A DNA stretch of 64,000 nucleotides, taken from positions 64,001 through 128,000 of the IMG/VR virus record IMGVR_UViG_3300045988_145100; one strand, 5' to 3'. The first letter of the stretch is position 1. The number at the start of each line of letters is the position of its first letter. A model generated the notes under the pieces. That model made no database searches. It had not been told where the DNA came from and worked only from the letters and a program-made list of their open reading frames with translations. The position numbers were made by a program, and so were the translations under genes. This document shows, piece after piece, positions 31,549 to 40,825 of the stretch. The DNA comes from a virus.

Positions 31549-32697
31549 TTATTTTCTTTTATTTCTGCAACATTTACATATACTGTAAAAATGGTCTTTG
31601 CTTGTATTATTTTTTGAAAAGAATCTATTACTAGCTAACTTAATTTGCCCACATCTTGAACATTTTTTCCATTTTCCTTCTGCTTTGTTAGTATAATACC
31701 AAACTAACCATTTCTCTTGTGCCTTTTCCGCAAGTAATTTTGGTATTTTATTTCTCCAAAGAGAAGAAATATATTCAACAGAGTGATTTACATTATATTT
31801 TATTTCTAAATACTCTTGAATTTCTGTATTCTGGTAGCCGCGAATTTTCAAGAGAGTGATATCATAATATATTGGATAATCATATTTTAAAGTTTCATCT
31901 ATAAGATTATCTAAGTCTACAAGAAACCATTTAACATCACTATTTAACTTATCCCAAGTTTGAATTCTTAATTTTTCATAATTACATAATACCGCGCAAA
32001 TATGTCGCGGCACGAGTAAACTTAAAATACCATCAGTATGAATTTCATCATTTTCATCAACAGTTACATGTTCATCTAAATCTAATTTTGCTACACTTTT
32101 AAGGGGATTTATACAATAGATAGGTTTTTTATAAGAATTTTTTATTACATACTGGTCTTGACTTGCTTCTATGATATGTTTTTTTATTTGATATGCTTTT
32201 TTGCCTCTTGCTGTTTTTAACTGTTCTTTTAATTCTTCTATGCCCTTGCGGAGTTCTCTTAGCTCAGGCATTTCCGCGATATCCGCGTCTGTAATTTCAA
32301 ATTTTGGTTTAAATATAATATTTTTGTCATTCGCAATCATATTATATATACCATCTTCACCATTTTCTAATCTACCTACAAGTCCTTCAAAAGATGTCTC
32401 TCTTACATTTACTGTTTGCATATGGTTATCTGTTAAGATTTTGTTTTGTTTTCTTTCTTCTTTATCCATAGCAAAAATTATGTAATTACTTAATTTCTCT
32501 AAGTAAGAATGAGTTAATCTTTCAGGAGGAGTGTTGGCAATAATTTCTTTTACTTTCTCTACTCTTTCCGCAGGTGATTCAATATTAAAATCCATTTTAA
32601 TATAATCACTATTTTCTTTTTGTTGCTCCATTAGTCTTTCCTTATTTCTTATTCTTATAATAATTATACCAAAAAAATTTTCACAAGTCAAGGACAA
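31549..32697 (-). CDS. Hypothetical protein, possible small terminase / DNA-binding protein; true start likely near 32636
   Basis: First gene of the leftward module. Internal Met (MEQQKENSDY...) with a better SD; C-terminal Cys cluster CSRCGQ...CKCCRNKRK. Confidence 0.35.
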   Translation of the reverse strand: MSLTCENFFGIIIIRIRNKERLMEQQKENSDYIKMDFNIESPAERVEKVKEIIANTPPERLTHSYLEKLSNYIIFAMDKEERKQNKILTDNHMQTVNVRETSFEGLVGRLENGEDGIYNMIANDKNIIFKPKFEITDADIAEMPELRELRKGIEELKEQLKTARGKKAYQIKKHIIEASQDQYVIKNSYKKPIYCINPLKSVAKLDLDEHVTVDENDEIHTDGILSLLVPRHICAVLCNYEKLRIQTWDKLNSDVKWFLVDLDNLIDETLKYDYPIYYDITLLKIRGYQNTEIQEYLEIKYNVNHSVEYISSLWRNKIPKLLAEKAQEKWLVWYYTNKAEGKWKKCSRCGQIKLASNRFFSKNNTSKDHFYSICKCCRNKRK

Positions 32698-32714
32698 AAG
32701 TAGATAATTTGAAA

Positions 32715-32745
32715 AGAAAAAAAATTTTTGATATAATTATTATAA
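32715..32745 (+). promoter_or_regulatory. Promoter for the first rightward gene, in a divergent switch region
   Basis: ttgaaa ... tttttgatataat gives TGnTATAAT, with an SD and ATG at 32760 downstream. Confidence 0.45.
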
Positions 32746-32759
32746 AGGAGTGAATAAAA

Positions 32760-33065
32760 ATGATAGTCGCGGCGATTGGTTTTAATAAAATTGAAGATAT
32801 TGATGCGGAAATGCAGAAGTTAATTGCGGAAAGTCAATGCTATTTATTTTATATGCTAGTAACAAATAAAGATAGCATTGCCGCAAAATGGGCTGATTCG
32901 GTTGGCGCGCCGACCCGCTATATAAAAAATGCGGAAACTTCAGATATTATAAAAAATTGTGATTTCCTATTAATTAACTTAGGGGATGGAAATAATACTA
33001 AATTAAATAATCTGTTTATGGCATATAAGCAAACAGGGAAACATGGAAGAGTTGTTCGGAATTAA
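32760..33065 (+). CDS. Hypothetical protein, 101 aa
   Basis: First plus-strand ORF after the strand switch; good SD (aaaggagtgaataaaaATG). Confidence 0.45.
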   Translation: MIVAAIGFNKIEDIDAEMQKLIAESQCYLFYMLVTNKDSIAAKWADSVGAPTRYIKNAETSDIIKNCDFLLINLGDGNNTKLNNLFMAYKQTGKHGRVVRN

Positions 33066-33669
33066 TCTCGTATTTTAAAAAACGAAAAAATTTTTGGTGT
33101 GTGAATCGTTTTTTAAATTTCAAAAAATTTGGGGTGTGTGAATGTACCAGCTAAATATGATTTCATCGAATTAATTTTTCATTTTCCCATAATATATCCC
33201 CGGGTAAAAAGAGAAAATTTTTTTATTTTAAACTGATGACCACCTTTTATGTATGGTCTGTAGTTTTATCAAAAAATAATCAGCATACACTGAGACTGTA
33301 GTCCCGTACATTTTCAAATCATCGGCGCGCTTCCTCCCATAAAGCGCTCCGCATTTTACTATATTTCTAGTCATTTAAACATTTCAAATTCTAAAAGTCT
33401 AATCAAGTAGTCAAATAAAAATTCCCACAACTCATGCGTCTAAAAAACTAAACTATTCTCGGAGCTGACTAAAGCGGTGAACAAATGTTCGGTACTTCCA
33501 TCTTGGTGCATTCTCTTTTGTACAAATTGCACAAAAACATCTGTCAAACTTTGTGCATTTTGCATATTGCAATGAGTGCGCGGTGGGTGTACTATAATGG
33601 TGTCGCAAGGCAATGGCGGCAAAATAAATTAGATAGCCCTTGAGAAGCAAGGGCGGAAAGAGGTATATT

Positions 33670-34155
33670 ATGATAAAAGGAAACAAGCTGATTGCAACAA
33701 TGAGGTCAATAATAGGTAAAGAAGTTAAAGAGGGCAACTGGCTCTGTGTTGATACAGTAGCAGATAATGCTCTTATGATAATCAATACAATCCACAGTGT
33801 AGTTAATGCTGTAGATTGCAAGATAATCCTCAAGGGGTTTATTTATGAGGATTCAGCAGAGTGTTGGGCAAAGTTAGAGATGGAACTTGACTGTCTCACT
33901 CAAGGCAATCAGCTTCAGGAGCTTTTCGGTGGAGCATTACTTAAGGAAATGCAGAATCAAGTAAACTCCGCAATCGCGGAGTTTGAACTCCAGGAAGTAA
34001 CCTACGGAGTTTATAATGGCAACACTCCAATCTTTACAGGGATTGAAAGTTATGGCACAGCATTATCAGTATTCTATAATACAGCTAAAGCTTGCAAAAT
34101 ACTAGGTCTTAGATGTAGCTTAGTAAATGAAAAAACTGGGGAGGTGGTAGAATGA
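33670..34155 (+). CDS. Hypothetical protein
   Basis: ORF-track frame 33640-34155. Preferred start is ATG 33670, which has SD gaaagaggt. Confidence 0.45.
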   Translation: MIKGNKLIATMRSIIGKEVKEGNWLCVDTVADNALMIINTIHSVVNAVDCKIILKGFIYEDSAECWAKLEMELDCLTQGNQLQELFGGALLKEMQNQVNSAIAEFELQEVTYGVYNGNTPIFTGIESYGTALSVFYNTAKACKILGLRCSLVNEKTGEVVE

Positions 34156-34329
34156 GTTTTTTAGAAGCTATAGTGATGGTGGAGCAATGCTCCACTGTCA
34201 CAGAAGTCAATCAGAAAGTTGACTTTGTGCTTACGCACATAGTCATATCTGATGACGAACTTCTTAGTCTTATGGAGTTCATCATCGGCTTCATGTCTAG
34301 TCTATTAGATGAGTGCGGAAACCGCTAAT
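34153..34329 (+). CDS. Small hypothetical ORF, 58 aa
   Basis: ATGA overlap with the upstream gene; stop lies in the loop of a 13-bp hairpin at 34300-34334. Confidence 0.25.
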
Positions 34330-34480
34330 CCGCACTCATCTAGTTTAGGAAAGACTAACTTGAGTTAGTCAAGCTTAATGCTTGTTAATTCAAACTAACT
34401 CTAGTTAGTCTTCCCGAAATCTAATTAGTTTAGTCTAACTATTGTTAGGCTTGACTAACTTTGGTTAGTTATTTTGAACG
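34330..34480. repeat. Cluster of palindromic iterons (A)CTAACT-N2-3-AGTTAG(T), locus 1
   Basis: At least four copies, e.g. actaacttgagttagt, actaactctagttagt, ctaactattgttag, actaactttggttagt. Confidence 0.55.
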
Positions 34481-34837
34481 GCACGCTTCCTCCCATAAAG
34501 CGTGTCGCATTTTGCCTATTTGACTAGTTATTTAAACTTTTCAAATCGACATTGAGTGTGACTACAAGACTAATCATATCCCATAATTGATGACTATTTG
34601 ACTACAAAAGTAAACACATCGTCACTATTGCTGACTAAAAAAGTAGTCACATCATCGTCTGGTGCATGTGTTTGGGTGCGTGAAAAGCCTTGAAAATAGG
34701 GCATAAAAAAATTTTTAAAAATTTTTGAAAAAAGTGTTGACATTGAAAACGGGGTATGATATTATAATGGTGCGGTGAACGAAAACCGTAAAATAAAATT
34801 GATAGTCTTTCAAGAGAGAGACAGAAAAGAGGTTACT

Positions 34838-35104
34838 ATGAAGAAATTAAATATGTATACAAAAGAGAAGTTCTCAATGAGATTTGCAAACTATGAGGAC
34901 ACAACTTATATATACGAAGATGTGAACATCTTCCATGCAGTCAATGCAATTAAAGCGTGTCCGCAGGTGTACATCATAAAGGTTGAGGGTGTAGAACTTC
35001 CGCCTATCGACTTTACACTTGAGAGGTTTAGAAAGATGACAAACAAGCAGTTTGTAGCAGTTCTGAACTCTTACATAGACAAGTTAATAAGTCTCGGCTA
35101 CTAA
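34838..35104 (+). CDS. Hypothetical protein
   Basis: Start ATG 34838 with SD aaaagaggt (the track ORF begins at 34775). Confidence 0.45.
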   Translation: MKKLNMYTKEKFSMRFANYEDTTYIYEDVNIFHAVNAIKACPQVYIIKVEGVELPPIDFTLERFRKMTNKQFVAVLNSYIDKLISLGY

Positions 35105-35146
35105 GCCGGGACTATCCAAGAGAAAAGAAAGTGAGGTATTATAAGT

Positions 35147-35455
35147 ATGATAAACATTAGGACAATAAGAAAGATTGAGGAGTGTGGCGGTTTAACACTC
35201 AAGAATGGTAAGATAATCACATACAAGAGTGGTTATCAAGTAGCCACCGAGGGAGTAATGGTTACAACTCCCGAGGAAGCAATTAAAGCCGTTAGAGCAT
35301 ACGGTGGTAATTGCGGACTTTGGCTTGAGAATGGCGTTTATTTTGTAGACAAGAGCCACAGAGTGTCTACAAAAAGAGACGCTTTGGCACTTGGTAGACA
35401 ATGCGCACAGATATCTATTCTCAAGTGGGCAGACATGAGTTTGATATATTGTTAA
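35147..35455 (+). CDS. Hypothetical protein
   Basis: 102-aa ORF. Confidence 0.4.
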   Translation: MINIRTIRKIEECGGLTLKNGKIITYKSGYQVATEGVMVTTPEEAIKAVRAYGGNCGLWLENGVYFVDKSHRVSTKRDALALGRQCAQISILKWADMSLIYC

Positions 35456-35516
35456 TGATTAGGGCTTGGGAAGCCAAGCCCACATATAAAAATAAAAATG
35501 AAATGAGGTATTTAAA

Positions 35517-35801
35517 ATGAGAAAAAACAATAGTAAAGCAATAGTTAAAAGAATAGCCCTGGGTTTAGTTTTAGGAATATTATTCTTAGGCGCGATATAC
35601 CTTGAGGGTCACTGTACAAGAGAGGGTAAGGTAATCAGCAATGATAATGGATTTGTGCGGATTGCTGATAGGGCAGGCGATATCTGGGAATATGATGGCT
35701 GTGATATCGCGGAGGGTCAAAATGTCAAGATGTTATTTGACATTAATGACCAGTCGTCTAAATATGACGACATAATATTAAAGGTTTGGGTTGCCAAGTA
35801 G
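35517..35801 (+). CDS. Small membrane-anchored or secreted protein
   Basis: N-terminal hydrophobic segment IALGLVLGILFLGAIYL; SD aaatgaggt. Confidence 0.45.
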   Translation: MRKNNSKAIVKRIALGLVLGILFLGAIYLEGHCTREGKVISNDNGFVRIADRAGDIWEYDGCDIAEGQNVKMLFDINDQSSKYDDIILKVWVAK

Positions 35802-35889
35802 CGGCAACCCTCCAAAATTCGATTTGCGTTCTCTAATTTTAATTAGCTACAAATATCTGTAATTAGCTGTATAAAATTAAAGTTAGAGA

Positions 35890-36062
35890 AGACGAATTGA
35901 AGTTCGTTTTATAAAAGTAAAGTTAGCAATTTTTAACAGTTGTTAATTCAAACTAACTCTAGTTAGATTAAGCTAATCCTTGTTAATTCAAACTAACTGT
36001 AGTTAGATTAAGCTAACTTAAGTTAGACTTATAAAACACTTGTTAGTTCAAACTAATTTAAG
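35890..36062. repeat. Cluster of palindromic iterons plus 35-bp direct repeats ttgttaattcaaactaactNtagttagattaagctaa, locus 2
   Basis: Two near-perfect 40-bp tandem copies and a third degenerate copy; the agttag/ctaact half-sites recur throughout. Confidence 0.55.
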
Positions 36063-36113
36063 TTAGAATAATCGCACCGGGCGGAGCACGTCCGGCCCCG
36101 CCGGAATTTGCCT

Positions 36114-36142
36114 ATTATACCACCTTTTAGGATTTTTGTCAA
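36114..36142 (-). promoter_or_regulatory. Leftward sigma70 consensus promoter (TTGACA-N17-TATAAT on the minus strand) abutting a GC hairpin terminator, module A
   Basis: Plus strand: attata at 36114-36119 and tgtcaa at 36137-36142, 17-nt spacer. Confidence 0.5.
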
Positions 36143-36347
36143 GGGAAAAAAGTTGACATATTGCACAAACATTATCCCAAAATCTTGTGCAGTTTTGACT
36201 ATTGCAATTTTGGGGCAATCTGCTATAATGATACTTGTAAGGGAGATAACAAATGAGATTGCTAAACAACCCGAACAAAAAAAAAGAAGTGCTTGACAAA
36301 TAGATACCTAAGTGATATAATAAGGGTATAGAAAGGAAGTAATGGTT

Positions 36348-36632
36348 ATGGGAACAGAGACTAAGCATGTACCAAGAAAAACAGAGACTAAGTATGTCTT
36401 AAAAGTAATGAGATACTTAGATTGCATGGGAACGCAAGTTGCTTATGTTATAGATGGTGTATTTGAAGATTGTCAGAGTGCAGTCCATGCCGCAGAGAGA
36501 CTACCACGCCGCCATGAACACAACAAGTTTGAAACTGGCTGTTGGAAGATAGTCAGAGCCACTATTCATTTAGATACTTTAGAAGTGGTAGAAAAGGAAA
36601 TAGCCGGAATGACATTATTTATGCTTGACTAG
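36348..36632 (+). CDS. Hypothetical protein
   Basis: Start ATG 36348, spaced 8 nt from SD gaaaggaag. Confidence 0.45.
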   Translation: MGTETKHVPRKTETKYVLKVMRYLDCMGTQVAYVIDGVFEDCQSAVHAAERLPRRHEHNKFETGCWKIVRATIHLDTLEVVEKEIAGMTLFMLD

Positions 36633-36744
36633 CGCAATAAAATGTGCTATCATATATATGTGGAAAGGAAAGGGAGCCATCAATCGACCACATTAAAAAA
36701 TAAAAATCAGCTTCAAATATTATATAAAAGCGAGGTATTGCATT

Positions 36745-37122
36745 ATGGAAAAGAAGATTACAAAGTTACAGGTTATCGAGGCTATGCTTGGAGAAGAGTT
36801 CGTACAGGACAATGAGATGTATAAGACTTATCTTATGCACGAAAAGGAACTCCTTGAGAAGAAGAAAGCTAAGGCTAAGGCTGGTTCTGATAAGAAAGCT
36901 AAGGCTAATGAAGCACTGGTTGAGAAGCTCAAGGTTGTCCTTGACGGTTTCAAGGGTACTTCTACTCAGATTATGCTCAAGGCTATGAAAGACTTCCCTG
37001 CTGATGAAGCGGTTCAGGCGCTTTCTAATCAGAAAGTAGTTGCACTTCTCAAGATTATGGTTGCCAATGGCACAGCAAAGAGAGAAGAGGAAAAGGACAA
37101 GGCAATCTTCTCACTTGTCTAA
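36745..37122 (+). CDS. Putative winged-helix DNA-binding protein, paralog A1
   Basis: 125 aa; N-terminus MEKKITKLQVIEAML is identical to the paralog at 41656. C-terminus ...QKVVALLKIMVANGTAKREEEKDKAIFSL has a wing-like pattern. Confidence 0.45.
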   Translation: MEKKITKLQVIEAMLGEEFVQDNEMYKTYLMHEKELLEKKKAKAKAGSDKKAKANEALVEKLKVVLDGFKGTSTQIMLKAMKDFPADEAVQALSNQKVVALLKIMVANGTAKREEEKDKAIFSLV

Positions 37123-37178
37123 TCTGCGGACGGGCGGTTGAAATACACCGCCCAATTTAAAAGAAAGAGGTATAGGGC

Positions 37179-37544
37179 ATGGATAGTAAAAAAGAAGCCT
37201 TAGAGAAGTTAGCTTTAAAGATTTTCAAGGAATGTGAAGCAGACGGAGAACCAGTCACAAAAGAAGAAGCTATGGAAATGGCGGAAATGGAAATCAAAGC
37301 TAAGGGAATAAAAAACTATGTTAAGGGTGCGGAAGCTGAAAAGAAACCGCGGAAGCCACGAGAAGTAAAACTCGATGATGAAAAGGTTGATTTTATCGGG
37401 TGTTTAAAAACTCTACTTGGAGGAATGGTACTTAATGGCAAGATTAGTAATGTTCAGATAGCCAATCCGCAGAAAGAGTTGACCTTTAACATCGGCGAGA
37501 ATGAATACTCACTGTCGCTGATAAAGCATAGAAAGAAAAAGTAG
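37179..37544 (+). CDS. Hypothetical Lys/Glu-rich protein, paralog B1
   Basis: 121 aa; C-terminal segment resembles the gene at 42081. Confidence 0.4.
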   Translation: MDSKKEALEKLALKIFKECEADGEPVTKEEAMEMAEMEIKAKGIKNYVKGAEAEKKPRKPREVKLDDEKVDFIGCLKTLLGGMVLNGKISNVQIANPQKELTFNIGENEYSLSLIKHRKKK

Positions 37545-37550
37545 CTGTAA

Positions 37551-37584
37551 GCTGATGACTAAACTAATAGTCATCAGCTTTTTA
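37551..37584 (+). terminator. Rho-independent terminator
   Basis: 11-bp stem gctgatgacta/tagtcatcagc followed by ttttt. Confidence 0.65.
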
Positions 37585-37588
37585 TGCT

Positions 37589-37632
37589 CAAAAAAGACCG
37601 CCCTGTGGGCGTCCGGCTTCGCCGGTATTTTG
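37589..37632. terminator. Bidirectional double-hairpin terminator, module B
   Basis: cgccc-tgt-gggcg and ccggc-ttc-gccgg, flanked by aaaaaag on the left and tatttt on the right. Confidence 0.6.
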
Positions 37633-37634
37633 AT

Positions 37635-37663
37635 ATTATATCACATTTTGGCATTTTTGTCAA
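37635..37663 (-). promoter_or_regulatory. Leftward sigma70 consensus promoter, module B
   Basis: Minus strand reads TTGACA-N17-TGa-TATAAT (plus strand attata 37635-37640, tgtcaa 37658-37663). Confidence 0.5.
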
Positions 37664-37742
37664 GAGAAAAATCAAAATAAAAAATTTTTTTATTTTCCCA
37701 AAACTGCTTGACATTTGCTTATAATCTGTTATAATTATAATT

Positions 37743-37780
37743 GTTCAAGGGAACAGATAACAAATAAGATTGAAAACAAG
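37743..37780 (+). promoter_or_regulatory. Conserved roughly 40-nt leader element GTTCAAGGGAACAGATAACAAATAAGATTGAAAACAAG, one of four copies
   Basis: Near-identical copies at about 36233-36270, 37743-37780, 39080-39128 and 40921-40966, each between an upstream TTGACA..TATAAT promoter and a downstream cTTGACAaa promoter. Confidence 0.4.
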
Positions 37781-37822
37781 TATCCTTGACAAAAACATAG
37801 AATAGAAATGAGGTATTCAATT

Positions 37823-38029
37823 ATGAAAGATGAATATGATGTAAGTATTAAGAAATTAGACCTTGAGGGCAATTATGATGATGAAGATAATCTGCCAACA
37901 TATTTACACATAACAGGAGAACAGTTAGTTCTTTTGAGATGGCTTGAGCGACATTGTTGGTTAGACCTTACAGAAGCAGATGTACCACCTGAACCAGTTG
38001 ATTTAGTAAGAGAAGTAAAAGAATATTAA
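37823..38029 (+). CDS. Small hypothetical protein
   Basis: Start ATG 37823 after SD tgaggt. Confidence 0.4.
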   Translation: MKDEYDVSIKKLDLEGNYDDEDNLPTYLHITGEQLVLLRWLERHCWLDLTEADVPPEPVDLVREVKEY

Positions 38030-38046
38030 GAAAAGAGGTATTAATT

Positions 38047-38517
38047 ATGAATTTATTAGTTTTATTTATTATTCTTAACATTGTAAATGTTATTATTCAG
38101 ACAGCAAAATCTTTAGTAACTGTCAAGTGTGGAAAAGGAGCTGCCGCCGCAATCAACGCATTAGCCTATGGTTTGTATACTATTGTAGTAATATACATGA
38201 TGTGCGACCTTCCGCTTCTCTTAAAGGCTTTCATAATAGCTATGTGTAATCTTATCGGAGTTTACATTGTAAAGCTGATTGAAGAAAAGAGTACAAGAGA
38301 TAAACTATGGAAAGTGGAAATGACAGTGAAGCCACATTATGCTAAAGAGTTAATGGAAACTTTAGACACTTTAAGGATTCCATATAGCTACATAGATATT
38401 GAGAAGTATATGTTATTCAATGTCTATTGTGAGACACAAAAGCAAAGCACTGTTGTAAAGGCTATTGTAGAAAAATATCATGCGAAGTATTTCGTCGCAG
38501 AGTGTAAAACATTATAA
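38047..38517 (+). CDS. Membrane protein with a soluble C-terminal domain
   Basis: Two or three predicted TM helices at the N-terminus, then a soluble C-terminal domain. Confidence 0.4.
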   Translation: MNLLVLFIILNIVNVIIQTAKSLVTVKCGKGAAAAINALAYGLYTIVVIYMMCDLPLLLKAFIIAMCNLIGVYIVKLIEEKSTRDKLWKVEMTVKPHYAKELMETLDTLRIPYSYIDIEKYMLFNVYCETQKQSTVVKAIVEKYHAKYFVAECKTL

Positions 38518-38555
38518 AGGATTGGGGCTATACAGCCCCAAGAAAGGGGTAAAAT

Positions 38556-38900
38556 ATGTTTAGAAATATCGTTATGTTTTGTTTAATGTTTCTTATTTGT
38601 TCATTCTTCGGTATAATAATAATTAGTAATATGAATACTAAAAAGAAATGGTTAAAAATATTAGTATTTATTATAACTACAAGTATAATTGCGGGTTTAT
38701 TCTCTTTTGGTCTTATACAAGAGGCAGATAGCGATATAAAAACATGGAATAATGGAATTTGTACAGAATGCGAAAATGGACATTATGAATTTGTTAGTGC
38801 TTCCAGTCGCGGAAGAGGTGTAGGAGGTACTAACTATTATTATTATAAATGTGATAGTTGCGGAAATGTAATAGAAGTAAAAAATTTGTATCAGAATTAG
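38556..38900 (+). CDS. Membrane protein with a C-terminal zinc ribbon
   Basis: Two TM segments; CTEC...(20)...CDSC. Confidence 0.4.
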   Translation: MFRNIVMFCLMFLICSFFGIIIISNMNTKKKWLKILVFIITTSIIAGLFSFGLIQEADSDIKTWNNGICTECENGHYEFVSASSRGRGVGGTNYYYYKCDSCGNVIEVKNLYQN

Positions 38901-38922
38901 TGCGGAAATCCGCACTTTTTCT
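38900..38922 (+). terminator. Rho-independent terminator
   Basis: gtgcgga-aa-tccgcac followed by ttttt. Confidence 0.6.
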
Positions 38923-38969
38923 TTACATTTTCACCGCGCTCTGCGCGACCGGCTTTGCCGGAATTTTGC

Positions 38970-38998
38970 ATTGTAGCATACTTTCGGTAATTTGTCAA
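38970..38998 (-). promoter_or_regulatory. Leftward sigma70 promoter, module C
   Basis: Minus strand TTGACA-N17-TACAAT. Confidence 0.45.
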
Positions 38999-39214
38999 GC
39001 GATTTTATGTACTAAAATAAAAACAATTTTTTCCTAAAAAATGCTTGACATTCTCTTGTAGTAGGTCTATAATTATAATTGTTCAAGGGGAACAGAGAAA
39101 AACAGATAACAACCGAGATTGAAAACAAGTTTTTTAAAAAACCACTTGACAAAATAATAAAAAGGGTGTTATAATAAACACATAGAAATCAAAGAAAAGA
39201 GGTATCATTTAGAA

Positions 39215-40186
39215 ATGAAAAAGAAGTATTATTTAACATTGGACACGGAGACTGCTACACTACCTTTTGCAAATGAGATTGCAAAGAATCCGAAACAGAA
39301 ACAGAAGATTGCTATTGCCAAGCCACTTGTTTATGATATAGGCTGGGTAATAACAGACAGATTGGGCAATAGAGTAAAGAGAGTTAATTATCTTATTCAG
39401 GAAACTTTCTTTGTACCGGCTATCTTTAATACAGCCTATTACCGCAATAAGCGCCCTATTTATGAACAGCTTCTCGCAGAGGGTAAGATAGGTGTTCGCA
39501 ACTGGAATGATATGGTTGCAGAATTGCTTGAAGATTTGGAAATGTGTACTTGCACATGTGCATACAATGCCGCATTTGATTACAAGAAAGCAATTCCTTT
39601 TACAGAACAGTACATCGCACACCTTTACGCACCAGGCTATCAGTACTGGGAAGATAAGCAGAGAATGAGTTGTGAGAAGATTGTTAGGGGATATAAAGAT
39701 GATAGAGAGAGTAATCCAGAGTATCTTAAACCAGTATTTAAGTTAAGAGATTTTGAGTTTCCTATCGTGGACTTATGGGCAGTAGCTTGTGAGAGATTAA
39801 TAAATATTGATAAGTACAGAAACTTCTGTCTTGACAATAGCTTAATCACTAACAGCGGAGAGTTCTTTAAATCTTCAGCAGAAACTAGCTTCCAGTATCT
39901 TAATAAGAGATACGATTTTACTGAGGACCATACCGCATTAAGTGATAGTGAGATAGAAGCTGATATTCTCACAAAGGCATTAAAGAAAGGCAAGATTGAA
40001 CCAATACTCAAGGCTTTTCCTTTCAGAGAACTGGGTACAACTTACGATTATGCTATTAACAAGAGACCGAAAGCCATTCCAGTAGTTATTGAAGCATTTA
40101 ACAACTATCTTAGCCAGCAGACAACGCATAATTCTTATGTAAGTAAGATTGAGGGCTTAATGTTAATGCTTGAGGGATATTGCTAA
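39215..40186 (+). CDS. DEDDh-family (DnaQ/RNase T-like) 3'-5' exonuclease
   Basis: Motif I TLDTETAT, motif II AYNAAFDY, motif III HTALSDSEIEADIL; 323 aa. Confidence 0.6.
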   Translation: MKKKYYLTLDTETATLPFANEIAKNPKQKQKIAIAKPLVYDIGWVITDRLGNRVKRVNYLIQETFFVPAIFNTAYYRNKRPIYEQLLAEGKIGVRNWNDMVAELLEDLEMCTCTCAYNAAFDYKKAIPFTEQYIAHLYAPGYQYWEDKQRMSCEKIVRGYKDDRESNPEYLKPVFKLRDFEFPIVDLWAVACERLINIDKYRNFCLDNSLITNSGEFFKSSAETSFQYLNKRYDFTEDHTALSDSEIEADILTKALKKGKIEPILKAFPFRELGTTYDYAINKRPKAIPVVIEAFNNYLSQQTTHNSYVSKIEGLMLMLEGYC

Positions 40187-40242
40187 TAATAAGTTGGGGC
40201 TGAAAAGCCCCGACAATCTAAAAAAGAAAAGAGGTATATAAT

Positions 40243-40692
40243 ATGAATAAAATTTTAGTTTTTGATATGGACGGAACAATAGCAGATTTCTATGGAGTTG
40301 AGGGTTGGCTTGAAGATTTAAAGAATTGTAGCACTCGCCCTTATGAGATAGCACAGCCAGTTTATGAGCCTACAATGTTAAACGATTTGATTAATACACT
40401 CAAGATTAATGGTTGGAAGATTGTTATTGTAAGTTGGTTAAGCAAGGAAAGCAATAAAAAATATGACGCGGCTGTTCGCAGTGCTAAGAGAGCATGGCTT
40501 GAGCAGATAGGTTTCCCTTATGATGAAGTACATCTTGTCAAGTATGGCACAACGAAAGCCAATTGTACTAGACATTTAGGCGGATTTCAGATATTAGTTG
40601 ATGATAATGAAAAGGTAAGACGCGGTTGGTCGCAGGGTTGCACGATAGACGCGAGACAGGACATTATTGAAAGACTTAAAGATTTAATATAA
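40243..40692 (+). CDS. HAD-superfamily 5'(3')-deoxyribonucleotidase-like phosphatase
   Basis: N-terminal motif VFDMDGTIADF (DxDGT), with a later K and DD motifs; 149 aa. Resembles the NT5C/YjjG class and T5 dmp-type dNMPases. Confidence 0.55.
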   Translation: MNKILVFDMDGTIADFYGVEGWLEDLKNCSTRPYEIAQPVYEPTMLNDLINTLKINGWKIVIVSWLSKESNKKYDAAVRSAKRAWLEQIGFPYDEVHLVKYGTTKANCTRHLGGFQILVDDNEKVRRGWSQGCTIDARQDIIERLKDLI

Positions 40693-40796
40693 TAGTCAGT
40701 TGCGGGTAGGCAGAAATGCCTACCTTTTTAGTTATGACTAAAATTTTCGTCAGAAAATCATCGCCTGGAAGGCGTCCGGCTTCGCCGGTATTTACC

Positions 40797-40825
40797 ATTA
40801 TACCATACTTTTGATATTTTGTCAA
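40797..40825 (-). promoter_or_regulatory. Leftward sigma70 consensus promoter, module D
   Basis: Minus strand TTGACA-N17-TATAAT, 10 bp from the ccggc-ttc-gccgg hairpin. Confidence 0.5.

Noticed and set aside
33440-33833. Minus-strand ORFs 33440-33622 and 33453-33833
   Set aside because: They sit in a long non-coding leader full of promoter and operator motifs and a duplicated hairpin element, have no SD, and their translations are low-complexity. Probably non-coding.
36788-36988. ORF 36788-36988, and other nested ORFs such as 558-752, 20123-20371, 23310-23648, 25345-25533, 29391-29579, 30951-31178, 32201-32485, 35192-35401, 39260-40011 and 50563-50923
   Set aside because: Each is in an alternative frame or on the opposite strand of a longer, better-supported gene and lacks a ribosome-binding site.
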